From an uncultured Candidatus Rokubacteria bacterium (GTDB lineage: Bacteria > Methylomirabilota > Methylomirabilia > Rokubacteriales > DASRDR01): a DNA stretch of 64,000 nt. Made by a program: the position numbers and the translations under genes. Under the pieces are notes generated by a model. It saw only the letters and a program-made list of their open reading frames with translations, was not told where the DNA came from and did not search any database. The stretch covers positions 64,001-128,000 of the forward strand of contig CAVPSB010000034.1 in NCBI GenBank assembly GCA_963708025.1, in the 5' to 3' direction. Below, one piece after another: positions 10,328 through 21,573 of the stretch; the first letter of the stretch is position 1, and every line of letters begins with the position of its first letter.

Positions 10328-10356
10328 TTGACACACTCCGCGAATCTCCGTAGAGT
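10328..10356 (+). promoter_or_regulatory. Sigma70 promoter, likely leaderless transcript
   Basis: TTGACA-17-TAGAGT, 6 nt before GTG 10363; no SD. Confidence 0.7.
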
Positions 10357-10362
10357 GGCGGT

Positions 10363-11226
10363 GTGTCGGTTGGAGGGTCGGGAGCGCCGCCGGACTTCGT
10401 CGCCGTCGGCCATCTGACGGTTGACGAGCTGCCGGGGGGTCTCAGGCCGGGCGGCTCGGTGCTGTACGCCGGGCTGATGGCGCATCGCCAGGGGCTGCGC
10501 GTGGGGCTGGTGACGAGCTACGGCCCGGACTTCCCACGCGACGTCCTGCCGCCCGAGATCGAGGTGGTGACGGTCCCGGCGCCGGCCACGACGCGCTTCG
10601 CGCTGCACTACGGGCCGGCAGGCCGGACGCTCACGCTGCGTGCCCGCGCCACCACGCTGGCGCCCCTCTACCTCCCCGAGCACTTCGCCGAAGCCGGGCT
10701 CGCGTACCTGGCGCCGGTCGCCGACGAGGTCTCCCCCGACTTCGCCGGCGCGTTCCCGAATGCGGCCGTCGGCGTCGGGGCCCAGGGCTGGTGCCGCCGC
10801 TTCGGCCGCGACGGGACGGTCAGCATGCGTCCCTGGCCCGATCCGGACCCGGTGCTCGGCCACGCCCAGGCGTTGTTCCTCTCGGAGGACGACGTCGCCG
10901 GCTGGGCGGCGCAGGCCCTCACGCTCTACCAGCGGGTCCCGGTCGGCGCGCTCACGCTCGCCGCCCGGGGCGCGATCCTGTTCGTCAACGGCGAGCGGTA
11001 TCCGGTCGCCCCGGCGCCGGCCACCGAGGTGGAGCCGACCGGCGCCGGGGACGTCTTCGCCGCGGCGTTTCTCATCCGCTACAACAGCAGCGGCGATCCC
11101 TTCGAGGCGGCCGCGTTCGCCGCCGTGGCCGGCGCCCTCACCGTAGAGGCCGAAGGCACCGCCGGGGTGCCGACGCGCGAGCAGCTGGCGCAGCGCTGGC
11201 GCCGGTTCCAGTCCGCCGGGCGCTAG
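10363..11226 (+). CDS. PfkB-family carbohydrate kinase
   Basis: PGGSVLY; EPTGAGDVFAAAFL. Confidence 0.92.
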   Translation: MSVGGSGAPPDFVAVGHLTVDELPGGLRPGGSVLYAGLMAHRQGLRVGLVTSYGPDFPRDVLPPEIEVVTVPAPATTRFALHYGPAGRTLTLRARATTLAPLYLPEHFAEAGLAYLAPVADEVSPDFAGAFPNAAVGVGAQGWCRRFGRDGTVSMRPWPDPDPVLGHAQALFLSEDDVAGWAAQALTLYQRVPVGALTLAARGAILFVNGERYPVAPAPATEVEPTGAGDVFAAAFLIRYNSSGDPFEAAAFAAVAGALTVEAEGTAGVPTREQLAQRWRRFQSAGR

Positions 11227-11227
11227 A

Positions 11228-11320
11228 ACTTCGGGGGGTTTCGGAAGCCCCCCCGGATGAGTCTCAGGGGCGGAGCCGAGGAGCGATCAGCGCCCACAGG
11301 CCGAAGGCCGTCCGAACGAC
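11228..11320 (+). repeat. Dispersed element, partial copy D
   Basis: G-run-TTTCGGAAG-C-run hairpin immediately after the pfkB stop, plus CCCACAGGCCGAAGGCCGTCC. Confidence 0.6.
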
Positions 11321-11426
11321 GACCATAGGTCGGGACGGACGCCCCCAGCCCGAAGGCCATCCGATCGACGTAGGCCGAGCGCGTCACGACCGAGATGAAC
11401 GTTGCAACGCTCATCGGCCCCGCCCG

Positions 11427-12221
11427 TCAGACGCCGCGGGAGCGGGCGTCTCGCAGCATGTCGATCAGGACCTGCCGGCTCTCCTCGGCGGTGGTGACCT
11501 GGCGGGGGAACGGAATGCGCGCGGCGTGGACGCGGTCGCCGTGCTTGATGCGGAGCTTGAAGCCGAGGCGATCCACGCCGACCATCGATGCCTCGTCGGC
11601 CTCGGCGCCGGCCAGGACGCGGGCGAAGGTGACCAGCGCGTCGGCGTGGTCCTGGTTCATGTGGCTCATGATGCCGGCGGCGACGTCGGCGAGCGGATCG
11701 GGGCCGGCGGTGCGGTATCCCTCGGCATCCACCCAGTCCATCGCCGCGAACCCCCCGACGACGTAGACGTCCTCGACCGCGAGGTGGTAGAAGGCGAAGT
11801 CCCGGAAGTCCATCCAGTAGGCGGCGTTCGGGTGGCGGGCCAGGTATGCGGCCCGGACGGCCTCGTCGCCGTCGATCCGCGTGGCCCGCCCCATCAGCGT
11901 GACCCGTCCGACGGCCAGCGGATCGCCGGGGCCGTCGGTCTCCGTCACCAGCAGGCTCGCCCGCGGGTCCGCGTGGAGGTTCTGGGTGTGCATGGCCAGC
12001 GTGCTGATCAGGAACAGCGGCTGGCCGGCCGCGTCGATCGCGTAGGGCATGACCGAGGCGAACGGATGCCCGGGGTGCTTGCGGGACAGGGTGGCCAGGG
12101 CGCCCGTTCGCCCCCGATGGACCAGCGTCCGGGCTCGCTCCGCGTAGCTCGGCTCCGGGACCGGCGGGGTCGCCGGCTCCGGCTCACCGGGCGGCCCGGC
12201 GTGGCGGTCCGGGCGGCTCAC
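11427..12221 (-). CDS. HugZ-like pyridoxamine 5'-phosphate oxidase-family protein (+DUF2470-type domain)
   Basis: GHPFASVMPY...ISTLAMHTQNL...DPRASLLV; IMSHMNQDHADAL. Confidence 0.88.
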   Translation of the reverse strand: MSRPDRHAGPPGEPEPATPPVPEPSYAERARTLVHRGRTGALATLSRKHPGHPFASVMPYAIDAAGQPLFLISTLAMHTQNLHADPRASLLVTETDGPGDPLAVGRVTLMGRATRIDGDEAVRAAYLARHPNAAYWMDFRDFAFYHLAVEDVYVVGGFAAMDWVDAEGYRTAGPDPLADVAAGIMSHMNQDHADALVTFARVLAGAEADEASMVGVDRLGFKLRIKHGDRVHAARIPFPRQVTTAEESRQVLIDMLRDARSRGV

Positions 12222-13210
12222 CGCGCTGGCCTCGCCACGAAGCCCATCCGCTCGTACATCTGCCGCAGCGTGGGCGCCGAGACCGCCCGCGCCCGCTCGG
12301 CGCCGCGCGCGAGGAGGCGCCCGAGCTCCGCGGGGTCGTCCCGGAGCGCCTCGTAGCGCTTCCGGATCGGCTCCAGCAGCGCGATCACCGCCTCGCCCAC
12401 CTCCGCCTTGAACGTCCCGTAGCCCTGCCCCGCATAGCGGGTCTCGATCGCCTCGGGCGACTCGCCGGTCGCCACCGACAGGATCTCGATGAGGTTCGAG
12501 ATCCCCGCCTTGTCCGGGGCGCGCCGGACCTCACGGCCGGAGTCGGTCACCGCGCTCTTGAACTTCGCCCGGATGGTCTCCGGCGGGTCCAGGACCTGGA
12601 CGGTGCCCGCCGGCGTTCCGCCCGTCGTCAACATCTTCCGCGTGGGGTCCTGGAGGTCCATGACCCGGGCCCCCACCGCCGGGTACACGCCCTCGGGGAG
12701 GACGAACGTCTCGCCGAAGCGCGCGTTGAAGCGCGCCGCCACGTCGCGGGCCAGCTCGAGGTGCTGGCGCTGGTCGTCACCGATCGGGACGCGGTGGGTC
12801 TGGTAGAGGAGGATGTCGGCCGCCATCAGGACGGGGTAGGTGAAGAGCCCGACGGAGACGACTTCCTGCCGCTCGGCCTTGTCCTTGAACTGCGTCATCC
12901 GCCGCAGCTCGCCGAAGCTCGCGACGGCGCCGAGCAGCCAGGCGGCCTCGGCGTGGGCGGGGACGTGGCTCTGGGCGAAGACCGTGGAGCGCTCGGGATC
13001 GAGCCCGATGGCGAAGAGCATGGCGGCGAGGTCCAGCGTGCGGGTCCGGAGGTCTTCCGGGTCGTAGCCGACCGTGATCGAGTGGAGATCCACGATGCAG
13101 AAGAAGGCCTCCCCCTGCTCCTGCATCGCCGCGTACTGTCGAAAGCCGCCGGAGTAGTTGCCGAGGTGCTTTGCCCCGGTCGGCTGGATGCCCGAAAAGA
13201 TGCGCATCAC
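12218..13210 (-). CDS. trpS: Tryptophan--tRNA ligase
   Basis: FSGIQPTG, HLGN, YPVLMAADIL, GDDQRQHLE. Confidence 0.96.
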   Translation of the reverse strand: MMRIFSGIQPTGAKHLGNYSGGFRQYAAMQEQGEAFFCIVDLHSITVGYDPEDLRTRTLDLAAMLFAIGLDPERSTVFAQSHVPAHAEAAWLLGAVASFGELRRMTQFKDKAERQEVVSVGLFTYPVLMAADILLYQTHRVPIGDDQRQHLELARDVAARFNARFGETFVLPEGVYPAVGARVMDLQDPTRKMLTTGGTPAGTVQVLDPPETIRAKFKSAVTDSGREVRRAPDKAGISNLIEILSVATGESPEAIETRYAGQGYGTFKAEVGEAVIALLEPIRKRYEALRDDPAELGRLLARGAERARAVSAPTLRQMYERMGFVARPAR

Positions 13211-14331
13211 GACGGTTTCGTCTCCACGGCCTGGCCGGCCCGGATGGCGCCGGCCGGGACCAGGCGTCGGGTGGCGGTCACCTTCTCCCCCTGGGCGTCC
13301 TCCAGATCGAATCGACCCTCCTCGAGGGCGAGCAGCGTCACGTCGGCGACCGAGCCCGGCCGGAGCGTCCCCAGCGCGGCCGCGCCCCGCAGCGCCCGGG
13401 CCGGCGCCGCCGTCGTCATCGCGATCACCTCGTCCAGCGGGAAACCCAGGTGGAGGAACTTCGACATGGTGGTGGCGAGGTCGAAGACGGGACCGGCAAG
13501 GTTGTAGACGTGCAGGTCGCTCGAGATGGTCCCGGGCCGGAAGCCCTGGGCCAGCGCCTGTCGGGCGACCGCGAACGCGAAGGAGCCCTTGCCGTGCCCG
13601 ACGTCGAAGTGGACCCCGCGGCCGTCCGCCCGCCGGGCCTCGCCCAGCACCTGGCCCCGGTCGTCGAGGATGCCTTGCCCGCGGCCGTGGAAGCAGTGGG
13701 TCACGATGTCCCCGGACCGCAGCTCGACCAGGATCTCGCCGAGCGGCATGGGGGTGTCGCCGACGTGGACCATGATCGGCAGCCGCGTGGCCTCCGAGGT
13801 CTCCAGCGCGGTCTTCAGCGCGAGCCGGCCGTTCTGGCCCACCAGGTCGCGTGAGAGCCGGACCTTGATCCCCTGGATCAGGTCGCGGTGGGTCTCGATC
13901 GCGCGAAGGGCCGCCGCCTTGTCGATGAACTCGACCAGGGCCAGCTCGCCCACGTCGGGGGAGAGCATGCCGGTGGCGCCGATGTTGAGGAAGGGCAGGA
14001 TCCGCGTCCGGGCGACCTCGATGACGTACCGGCGGAAGACCGGGAAGGTGAGGGCTCCCGCCGAGCCGGCGTCGGCGACGGTCGTCGTCCCGCTGGCCAG
14101 GCAGTGAGGGTCCGGGTCGATCCCGTAGTGCGAGCCGCCCCAGAAGACGTGGACGTGGAGGTCGATCAGGCCGGGGACGACCAGCCGGCCGCGCGCGTCC
14201 ACGACCTCCTCGCCGGGCCGCGGCGCCAGCCCGTCGCCCAGCTCGGCCACCCGCCCGTCGGCAAGCCGCACGTCGCGCAGGGCGTGCAGGCCCTGGCTGG
14301 GGTCGATGACGGTGCCGCCCCGGATGAGCAC
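13207..14331 (-). CDS. Amidohydrolase/dihydroorotase-like metallohydrolase
   Basis: PGLIDLHVH, GIKVRL, THCFH, FDVGHG, ISSDLH. Confidence 0.92.
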   Translation of the reverse strand: MLIRGGTVIDPSQGLHALRDVRLADGRVAELGDGLAPRPGEEVVDARGRLVVPGLIDLHVHVFWGGSHYGIDPDPHCLASGTTTVADAGSAGALTFPVFRRYVIEVARTRILPFLNIGATGMLSPDVGELALVEFIDKAAALRAIETHRDLIQGIKVRLSRDLVGQNGRLALKTALETSEATRLPIMVHVGDTPMPLGEILVELRSGDIVTHCFHGRGQGILDDRGQVLGEARRADGRGVHFDVGHGKGSFAFAVARQALAQGFRPGTISSDLHVYNLAGPVFDLATTMSKFLHLGFPLDEVIAMTTAAPARALRGAAALGTLRPGSVADVTLLALEEGRFDLEDAQGEKVTATRRLVPAGAIRAGQAVETKPS

Positions 14332-14335
14332 CGGG

Positions 14336-15480
14336 CTACCGCCGTCCGAACGCCGGCATGACGTCCTTCGCGAACCACCGGAGCTGCTCCTTGAACTCGG
14401 CCGGCGGCACGCCCTCGGGCCAGTGGAGCATGAGCTGCTCGAGCCCGGGATACTTCGCCTCGTACTCCCGGATGAGCGCGATGCAGTCGGCCGGCGGGCC
14501 GACCATCCAGGCCTTCTGCTCGACGCCCTCCTGGATGGTCGGCGACCCGGGCCGGGGCGCCCGGGGTGCCCCACGGCCGGCCCTCGGGGTCGGCGTAGCG
14601 CACGAAGCCGAACGGCGCGAACCACTTGTAGCGCTCGTCGTGGGCCGGCTCGACCTGCCGGATGGCCGCCTCCCGGCTCTCGGCCATGTAGAAGCCGAGC
14701 CCGAGACAGAGGTTCTCCCCCAAGTCGAGCTGCCGGCCGTACTTCGCGCACGCATCCCGGTAGGCCCGGAACACCTGGTCGGTGATCCGCTCGCCGTTCA
14801 GGGTCACCATGCCCTTGATCCCGTGCCGGGCCATGAAGTCGATGCTCTTGCCGCTCGCGATCGGCTGCCAGATCTCGACCGGCCGGTGGATCGGCCGGGG
14901 GACCAGGGTCACCTCGGTCAGCTCGTAGCCCCGGTACGGGATCGGCGGCGGCACCGTGTAGTGCTTGCCCTTGTGGGAGAAGGCCTCCTCGTTCCAGGCC
15001 TTCAGCATCAGCTCGAACTGCTCCTCGAACAGCGCCTGGTTGGCCGCCTGGTCGAGCACGGGCGCCCCGAACGACTCGACCTCTCGGGAGTGGTAGCCGC
15101 GGCCGATCCCCATGACCACCCGGCCGTTCGTCAGGATGTCGGCCACCGCGTAGTCCTCGGCGAGGCGGATCGGGTGCCACATCGGCAGGATGTTGAAGGC
15201 GCAGCCCGTGCTTGAGCCGCCGGGTCACGGCGGCCAGGTAGGTCCCGAGCAGGATCAGGTTCGGGAAGACCTCGTAGCCCTCGCGCTGGAAGTGGTGCTC
15301 CGCCGTCCACAGGGTGTGGTAGCCCAGCTCGTCCATGAGCTGCGCCACGTCGACCACGGTGCGGTAGGCCTCGACGAGGCGCTCGTTCGGGTAGCGCCGC
15401 GCGTCGGCGGGCGTGCCGGCCTTGCCGATGTCGTCGAGCTCGATCTGGCCGACGTAGAGCACGGAGAACTGGTGGATCAT
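14336..15480 (-). CDS. LLM-class flavin-dependent oxidoreductase (frameshifts ~15205 and ~14545)
   Basis: WTAEHHFQREGYE, MWHPIRLAEDYA...GRGYHSRE across frames. Confidence 0.88.
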
Positions 15481-15649
15481 CGGGCCTCCATCGCGCGTCG
15501 GGTGTGGGAGCCGCTCACGCGATTCTAGCCCGAGTCGGGGAACAAGTCAGGTGGGGGCCGGTGACCGCCGGTGATGGGCCCGGTCCGGCTCGGGCCCGAG
15601 CCCGGCTCAGGGGCTCCGCCGGTCACCGGATCCAGGGTCGCCGGCGGCC

Positions 15650-15840
15650 GGCTGTTCCACCCCGGGCGCGAAGCGCCGGGGCGGCTCGTTCGCCCGGCGA
15701 TGGGATCCGGGGATGGTGCTCGGGTTGCCATCCCGGAGCGAGGTGAAGTGGGGCGACATGATCTCCACCCCGGCCGCGTTGAACGCGTCCTGGATGTGCT
15801 GGTGGAGCTCCCCGTAGATGCGATAGAGGCCGTGTCGGCT
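15650..15840 (-). pseudogene. MscS mechanosensitive channel C-terminal remnant
   Basis: IYGELHQHIQDAFNAAGVEIMSPHFTSLRDGN with no TM domain upstream. Confidence 0.65.
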
Positions 15841-16043
15841 GGACGCCGGCCCGGGGCCGGGGCGAGAATCCGGGGCTACCCCCTGAGCCCGGAGCCCCCT
15901 GGGCCGGGCGTCGGTGGCCTCGTGCCCGTCGGGATCATCCGTTGGATGGCGAAGGCGCGGCCCCGGCCAGACGACCGAAGGACCTCGGGGCGAGCCCGCC
16001 CCCACCGCTGACGCACATCGGGTAGGTCCCGGATGGACGCGGG

Positions 16044-16535
16044 CTACGCCACCTCGCGGAGGCGGCCCGACTTCACGTCGTAGACGAAGCCCCGCACGTG
16101 CTCCCGGTGGGGGACGAAGGGGCTGGCCTTGACGCGCGCGATGGACTGCCGCACGTCCTCGTCCAGGTCGGCGAAGCTCTCCAGGGCGAACGGCGGGCGG
16201 ATCCCCACCTCGGCCTGGATCTGCGCTTTCAACTCGCTGTCGGTGAACGTCAGCATGCCGCAGTCGGTGTGATGGATGAGCACGATCTCGCGAGTCCCCA
16301 GCAGCCGTTGCGAGATCGCCAGCGAGCGCACCGCGTCGTCGGTGACGGCGCCCCCGGCGTTCCGGATCACGTGGGCATCGCCCTCGTCGAGCCCGAGCAG
16401 GTCGTGGACGTCGAGCCGGGCGTCCATGCAGGCCACGACGGCGACGTGCCGGGCCGGCGGCAGCGGCAGGTGGCCCTTGTCGAACGCCGCCGCGTACCGC
16501 TCGTTGTTGTCGAGAAGCTGATCGGTCACGCTCAT
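16044..16535 (-). CDS. Beta-class carbonic anhydrase (clade D-like)
   Basis: CMDAR, RNAGG, HHTDCGM zinc ligands; AGGAGG SD. Confidence 0.93.
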   Translation of the reverse strand: MSVTDQLLDNNERYAAAFDKGHLPLPPARHVAVVACMDARLDVHDLLGLDEGDAHVIRNAGGAVTDDAVRSLAISQRLLGTREIVLIHHTDCGMLTFTDSELKAQIQAEVGIRPPFALESFADLDEDVRQSIARVKASPFVPHREHVRGFVYDVKSGRLREVA

Positions 16536-16569
16536 GGTTGTCTCCTCCTGTCTCCTGGTTGCGTTGCGG

Positions 16570-17016
16570 TCACCGGACGCTGGCCTCGAGCTCGAGCCGT
16601 CCCACCGCCCACTCCTCCTCGAGGGGGATCCCCGCGTAGGCGGGGACCGCCACGGCGGCGCTGACGCCGGGTACGACCTCCCACGGGATCCCGGCCGCCG
16701 CCAGCGCCTCGGCCTCCTCGCCGCCCCGGCCGAAGACGAACGGGTCGCCGCCTTTCAGCCGGACCACGCGCCGGCCGCGGCGCGCGTGGGCGACGAGGAG
16801 GGCGTTGATCTCCGTCTGGGGCAGACAGTGGGCGCCGGCCGCCTTGCCGGCGAAGACCCGGAGCGCCGCGGGTGACGCTTCGTCGAGCAGGGCCGGGTTG
16901 ACCAGACGGTCGTAGACGATCACGTCTGCGGTCCGCAGCAGCTCCAGCCCGCGGACGGTGAGGAGCCCGGGATCGCCCGGGCCCGCGCCGACCAGGTAGA
17001 CCGCGCCTACCGGCAT
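16570..17016 (-). pseudogene. cobA: Uroporphyrinogen-III C-methyltransferase, C-terminally truncated
   Basis: [31 protein letters not shown]; similarity ends abruptly after YAGIP. Confidence 0.8.
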
Positions 17017-17019
17017 GCC

Positions 17020-17400
17020 GGCGCTCCGAGCCGCTCGAGGAGCCGCGCCCTGGCCTCGCCGTGGCGGCCCTCCGCCAGGAGCCGGCGGAGATCGCCGCTC
17101 AGGGCGCGCTGCCAGGCGTCCGCGCCGGCCCGGTAGCGACGGGCGCCCAGCTCCCGCCGGACGTCGGCGGCGAGGCGGCTCAGCGCCGCGTAGTCGTCGG
17201 TGAAGTAGCCTTCCAGCTCCTCCCGGATGGCGCGGGAGAGCGCGGGGCTCGTCCCCCCGTCGCCACCGCGACCTGCAGATCCCGCCGCAGGACGGAGGGG
17301 AGGATGAAGGCGCAGTGCGCGGGATCGTCCGCGGCGTTGACCCAGACGCCCCGCCGGTACCCCTCCCGGGCGACGGCCGCGTTGACTGCGCCATCGTCGG
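17020..17400 (-). pseudogene. Precorrin-2 dehydrogenase/ferrochelatase (CysG N-terminal/SirC type), N-truncated
   Basis: [10 protein letters not shown]...[18 protein letters not shown]...VAVATGG...[13 protein letters not shown]; lacks the Rossmann start. Confidence 0.75.
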
Positions 17401-18984
17401 TGGGAAGTTCTCGCCGAGGCGGCGCTCGGCGAGGTAGGCGCGGAGCAGGCGCTCGATCGCGCCCGGCACCTCGGTGGCGGGGAAGCGGTAGCCGATGGGC
17501 CGCGCCTTCGCCTGGTGCTCGCCGACGGCGCCGCCGACGCAGAAGTAGTAGGCGTCCACCAGCTGGCCGTCCACCTTGATCTTCTTGCCCTCGATGCCGA
17601 TGTCGGCGATCCAGTGCTGGCCGCAGCTGTTGGGGCAGCCGGTGACGTGGAGCTTCAGGTGCTGGTCGAAGCCCGGCAGCCGGTCCTCGAGTTCCTCCAC
17701 CAGCCAGCGCGCGAAACCCTTGGTCTCGGTAAGCGCCAGCTTGCAGAACTCGGTGCCGGTGCAGGCGACGGCGCCCCGCCAGAACGGCGAGGCGGTGAGC
17801 CGGAAGTCGGCCCGCCTCGGCTTCGGCGACCAGCGCGTCGGCGCGCTCGCGCGGGACGTTCAGGATCAGCAGGTTCTGCATGTTGGTGGTGCGCAGCTCG
17901 CCGGTCCCGTACCGGTCGGCCAGCTCGGCGGCCGCGCGCAGCTCCGCCGGCGTGAGTCCGGCCCCGCAGGACCGCCAGGCCGGCAGAGCAGTAGCCGGCC
18001 TGCTTCTGCGGGTGGATCCCGACGTGGTCGCGGTAGACGTCTTCGGGCGGCTCCTCCGGCACGGCCCGGTCCAGCGCGAAGCCGAGGCGCTGCTCGAGCT
18101 CGGCCTGGAAGCGCTCGGCGGTCCAGCCGTGGCTCAGGAAGAGGAACTTGAGCCGCGCCTTCTCGCGGTTCTGGCGCAGGACCTCGCTGTCGCGGAAGAT
18201 CTCGGAGACGCCCCGGACGACCGGGACCACCTGGCTCCAGCGGACGAAGGCGTCGAGCCGGACCGCGAGGTGCGGCATCGGTCGAGAGCCCGCCGCCGAC
18301 GCGCAGCGAGAAGCCGACCTCGCCGGTGTCCGGGTGGGGCACGGCGGTGAGCCCGACGTCGTTGATCTCGGGATACGAGCACCAGACCCGGCAGCCGGTG
18401 ATGGAGATCTTGTACTTGCGCGGGCAGGTTGTAGAAGTCGGCGTTGCCGTTGAGCAGGGCCGGTCGCCGCCTGGACCAGCGGCGAGGCATCGCGACCTCG
18501 TCGGCGTCCACGCCGGCCAGCGGGCAGCCGGTGATGTTGCGCGTGACGTCGCCGCACGCGCCCATGCTGGTGAGCCCGCGCTCCGCGAGGCGCTCGAGCA
18601 CCTCGGGCAGGTCCTCGATCGGGACCCAGTGGAGCTGGATGTTCTGGCGGACGGTGAGGTCGGCGACGCCCGCGGGCGTGACGCTCGGCGAGGTCGGCGA
18701 TGGTGCGGAGCTGGCGGGAGCGAAGGATGCCGTTGGGGATGCGGATGCGCACCATGAAGTAGGGGACGGCCTTGCCCTCGCCGCCCTTGCCGCCGACCGC
18801 GCCGACGCCGTCGCCCTGGGTGTAGACGCCCCACCACCGGAAGTACGTCCCCCACTCCGGGCGGAATGGCGCCGTGGCCCTCGCGGGCGAAGCGCTCGAT
18901 CTCCGCGCGGGCCTCCCAGGGGTTGAGGGCCCGCTTCAGGCGCTCGACCTTCTGGGCCTTGGTCTCCTTCACCGGCTCGGTCAT
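17400..18984 (-). CDS. Ferredoxin-dependent sulfite/nitrite reductase (several frameshifts; C-terminus cut)
   Basis: [45 protein letters not shown] siroheme/4Fe-4S ligands. Confidence 0.85.
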
Positions 18985-19004
18985 CCCGTGCTCCTCTCGA
19001 GACG

Positions 19005-19050
19005 CAAAAAAGCCGAGCGGTGGGCTCCTCGCCCGGCCGCTCGGCTTTCC
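19005..19050 (-). terminator. Intrinsic terminator between small Cys ORF and sulfite reductase
   Basis: Minus strand AAAGCCGAGCGG...CCGCTCGGCTTT running into a U-tract, just before the GAGGAG SD. Confidence 0.75.
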
Positions 19051-19088
19051 GTCGTTCGCTCGACTTTCGCCTTTTCGCCGGCTCTACG

Positions 19089-19277
19089 CTACGCGCTGTA
19101 CTTCAGGGGCACCTCCACCCAGGCCTTGCAGCGGGGACACTTCGCACGGGCGGACCCCGTGAGGCTGCTCACCCGCAGGATGGCGTTCCGGACCACGAGC
19201 CCCTCGTCGTCGGGCACGACGATCTTGGTCCGGCACACCGGGCACCGCCGGGGGAGCTGGGCTGCGGGCGCCTCCAT
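19089..19277 (-). CDS. 62-aa zinc-ribbon-like protein (CPVC...CPRC)
   Basis: ORF with two CxxC motifs; ATG 8 nt below a -10 box. Confidence 0.7.
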   Translation of the reverse strand: MEAPAAQLPRRCPVCRTKIVVPDDEGLVVRNAILRVSSLTGSARAKCPRCKAWVEVPLKYSA

Positions 19278-19285
19278 GTGCGGCA

Positions 19286-19310
19286 AAGCTACAGTTGTCT
19301 ATCGGGAAAG

Positions 19311-19314
<4 letters not shown>
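19286..19314 (-). promoter_or_regulatory. Sigma70 promoter with overlapping 20-bp imperfect palindrome
   Basis: TTGACT-17-TAGCTT; TTGACTTTCCCGATAGACAA is 14/20 self-complementary. Confidence 0.65.
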
Positions 19315-19869
<555 letters not shown>

Positions 19870-19889
<20 letters not shown>

Positions 19890-21361
19890 GACCCTCTCCC
19901 GCGTGCTCCAGGGCGCGGACGAGGCCCCGCGCCTTGGCGACGCACTCCTGGTGTTCCTGCTCAGGAATCGAATCCGCGACGATCCCGGCGCCGGCCTGGA
20001 CGTAGGCGGTGCCCCGATGGACGAGGACGGTCCGGATGGTGATCGCGGTGTTCAGCGAGCCGTCGAGCCCGATGTACCCGACCGTGCCGGCGTAGGGACC
20101 GCGGGCGACCGGCTCCAGCTCGTCGATGATCTCCATCGCCCGGACCTTGGGGGCCCCGGAGACCGTGCCGTGCGGGAAGACCGCCTGAAGGACGTCCCAC
20201 GGACCGCGGCCGGGCTGGATCTCGCCCCTCGACGTGCGAGACGAGGTGCATGACGTGGGAGTAGCGCTCGATGGCCATCAGCTCGGTCACCCGGACGCTG
20301 CCGTAGCGCGACACGCGCCCGACGTCGTTCCGGGTGAGGTCGACGAGCATGACGTGCTCGGCCCGCTCCTTGGGGTCGGCGGACAGCTCGGCGGCCAGCG
20401 TCGCGTCCTCGGCTTCGGTTGCGCCCCGGCGTCGGGTGCCGGCCAGGGGGCGCATGTCGACGCGCCCGTGCTCGAGGCGGACCAGCCGCTCGGGGGAGGC
20501 GCCCGCGAGCCACGCCCCGCCGGCGTCGAGCAGGAACATGTAGGGCGACGGGTTCAGCATCCGGAGCGCGCGGTAGATGGCCAGCGGGTCGAGGCCGGGC
20601 ACCGGCGTGGCGAAGCGCTGGGAGAGGATGACCTGGTAGATGTCGCCGGCCCGGATGTGCTCCTGCGCCCGCTCGACGGCCGCGCAGTAGGTCTCGGGCG
20701 TCGTGTGGGCCTGCGGGGCGATCGGGATCGCCGGGCTGGCCGGGATCGCCGGCCGCGGCCCATCCAGGCGCTCGAGCCAGGCGGCGATCCGCTCGCGGGC
20801 CCGCCGGTAGGCGGCTTCGGCGCCGTCGTCCAGGAAGGCGTTGGCGACGATCCGCAGCGTGTGGTGGCGGTGATCGAAGACGACGACCGTGTCCATCAGC
20901 GACAGCCGGAAGACGGGGAGTCCCAGGTCGTCCGGTGGGCGCCGGGGCAGACGCTCCCACAGGCGGATGGCGTCGTAGCCGAGGTAGCCGACGAAGCCGC
21001 CGACCATCGGCGGGAGCCCCGGCCGTCCGAGCGCGCGGTAGCGGGCGAGCTGGCCGTGGACCACCGCCAGGGGCGCGCCCGCATCCATCACCCGGCCGCC
21101 CGGATCGAGCACGCGAGCCGTCTGGCCGTCGCTCTCGATGGTGAGGCGCGGGTCGCCGCCGAGCACCGAAAAGCGCGCCACCTGGGCGCCCCCCTCGACG
21201 CTCTCGAAGAGGAAGCTCGACGGCAGATCCCGCAGCTTGAGGTAAGCCGAGATCGGGGTCTCCAGATCGGCGGAGACCTCGCAGGAGACCGGGACGACGT
21301 TGGCGTCCCCCCGGAGCCTGAGGAACTCGCTCTGCGTCGGCTCCAGCGTCAGACCGTGCAT
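19870..21361 (-). CDS. trpE: Anthranilate synthase component I (frameshifts ~20185-20225)
   Basis: [42 protein letters not shown]; Trp leader upstream. Confidence 0.92.
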
Positions 21362-21394
21362 CGGATTCTCCTTCCCGATCGGTGCCCGCCGTGG

Positions 21395-21448
21395 CGGCGA
21401 AACGAAAACGCCGGGGCTCGCGGGACCGTCCCGCTTGCCTCGGCGCGT
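21395..21448 (-). terminator. Attenuator terminator of the trp leader
   Basis: CGCCGAGGC-AA-GCGGGA-CGG-TCCCGC-GA-GCCCCGGCG followed by TTTTCGTTTC. Confidence 0.75.
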
Positions 21449-21480
21449 TGTCCAGCTCGATGACTCGGTCGCGTTCGGCG

Positions 21481-21564
21481 TTACACGGAGACGGCCCCCT
21501 CGCCCCACCGGGCGCACCACCAGCGCCACGACCATCGCCACGAGCGTCCGGAGGCCTGTCTCAT
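21481..21564 (-). CDS. trpL: Trp leader peptide MRQASGRSWRWSWRWWCARWGEGAVSV
   Basis: 27 codons, 6 Trp; lies between promoter and terminator upstream of trpE; absent from the ORF track. Confidence 0.88.
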   Translation of the reverse strand: MRQASGRSWRWSWRWWCARWGEGAVSV

Positions 21565-21573
21565 GAGGGCCCC

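Noticed and set aside
13207-15480. Apparent 757-aa LLM-amidohydrolase fusion in the ORF track
   Set aside because: The middle part is off-frame nonsense; these are two separate genes joined by frameshifts
16570-17700. Apparent sulfite reductase-CobA fusion ORF
   Set aside because: Product of a deletion plus frame coincidence across the cysG remnant
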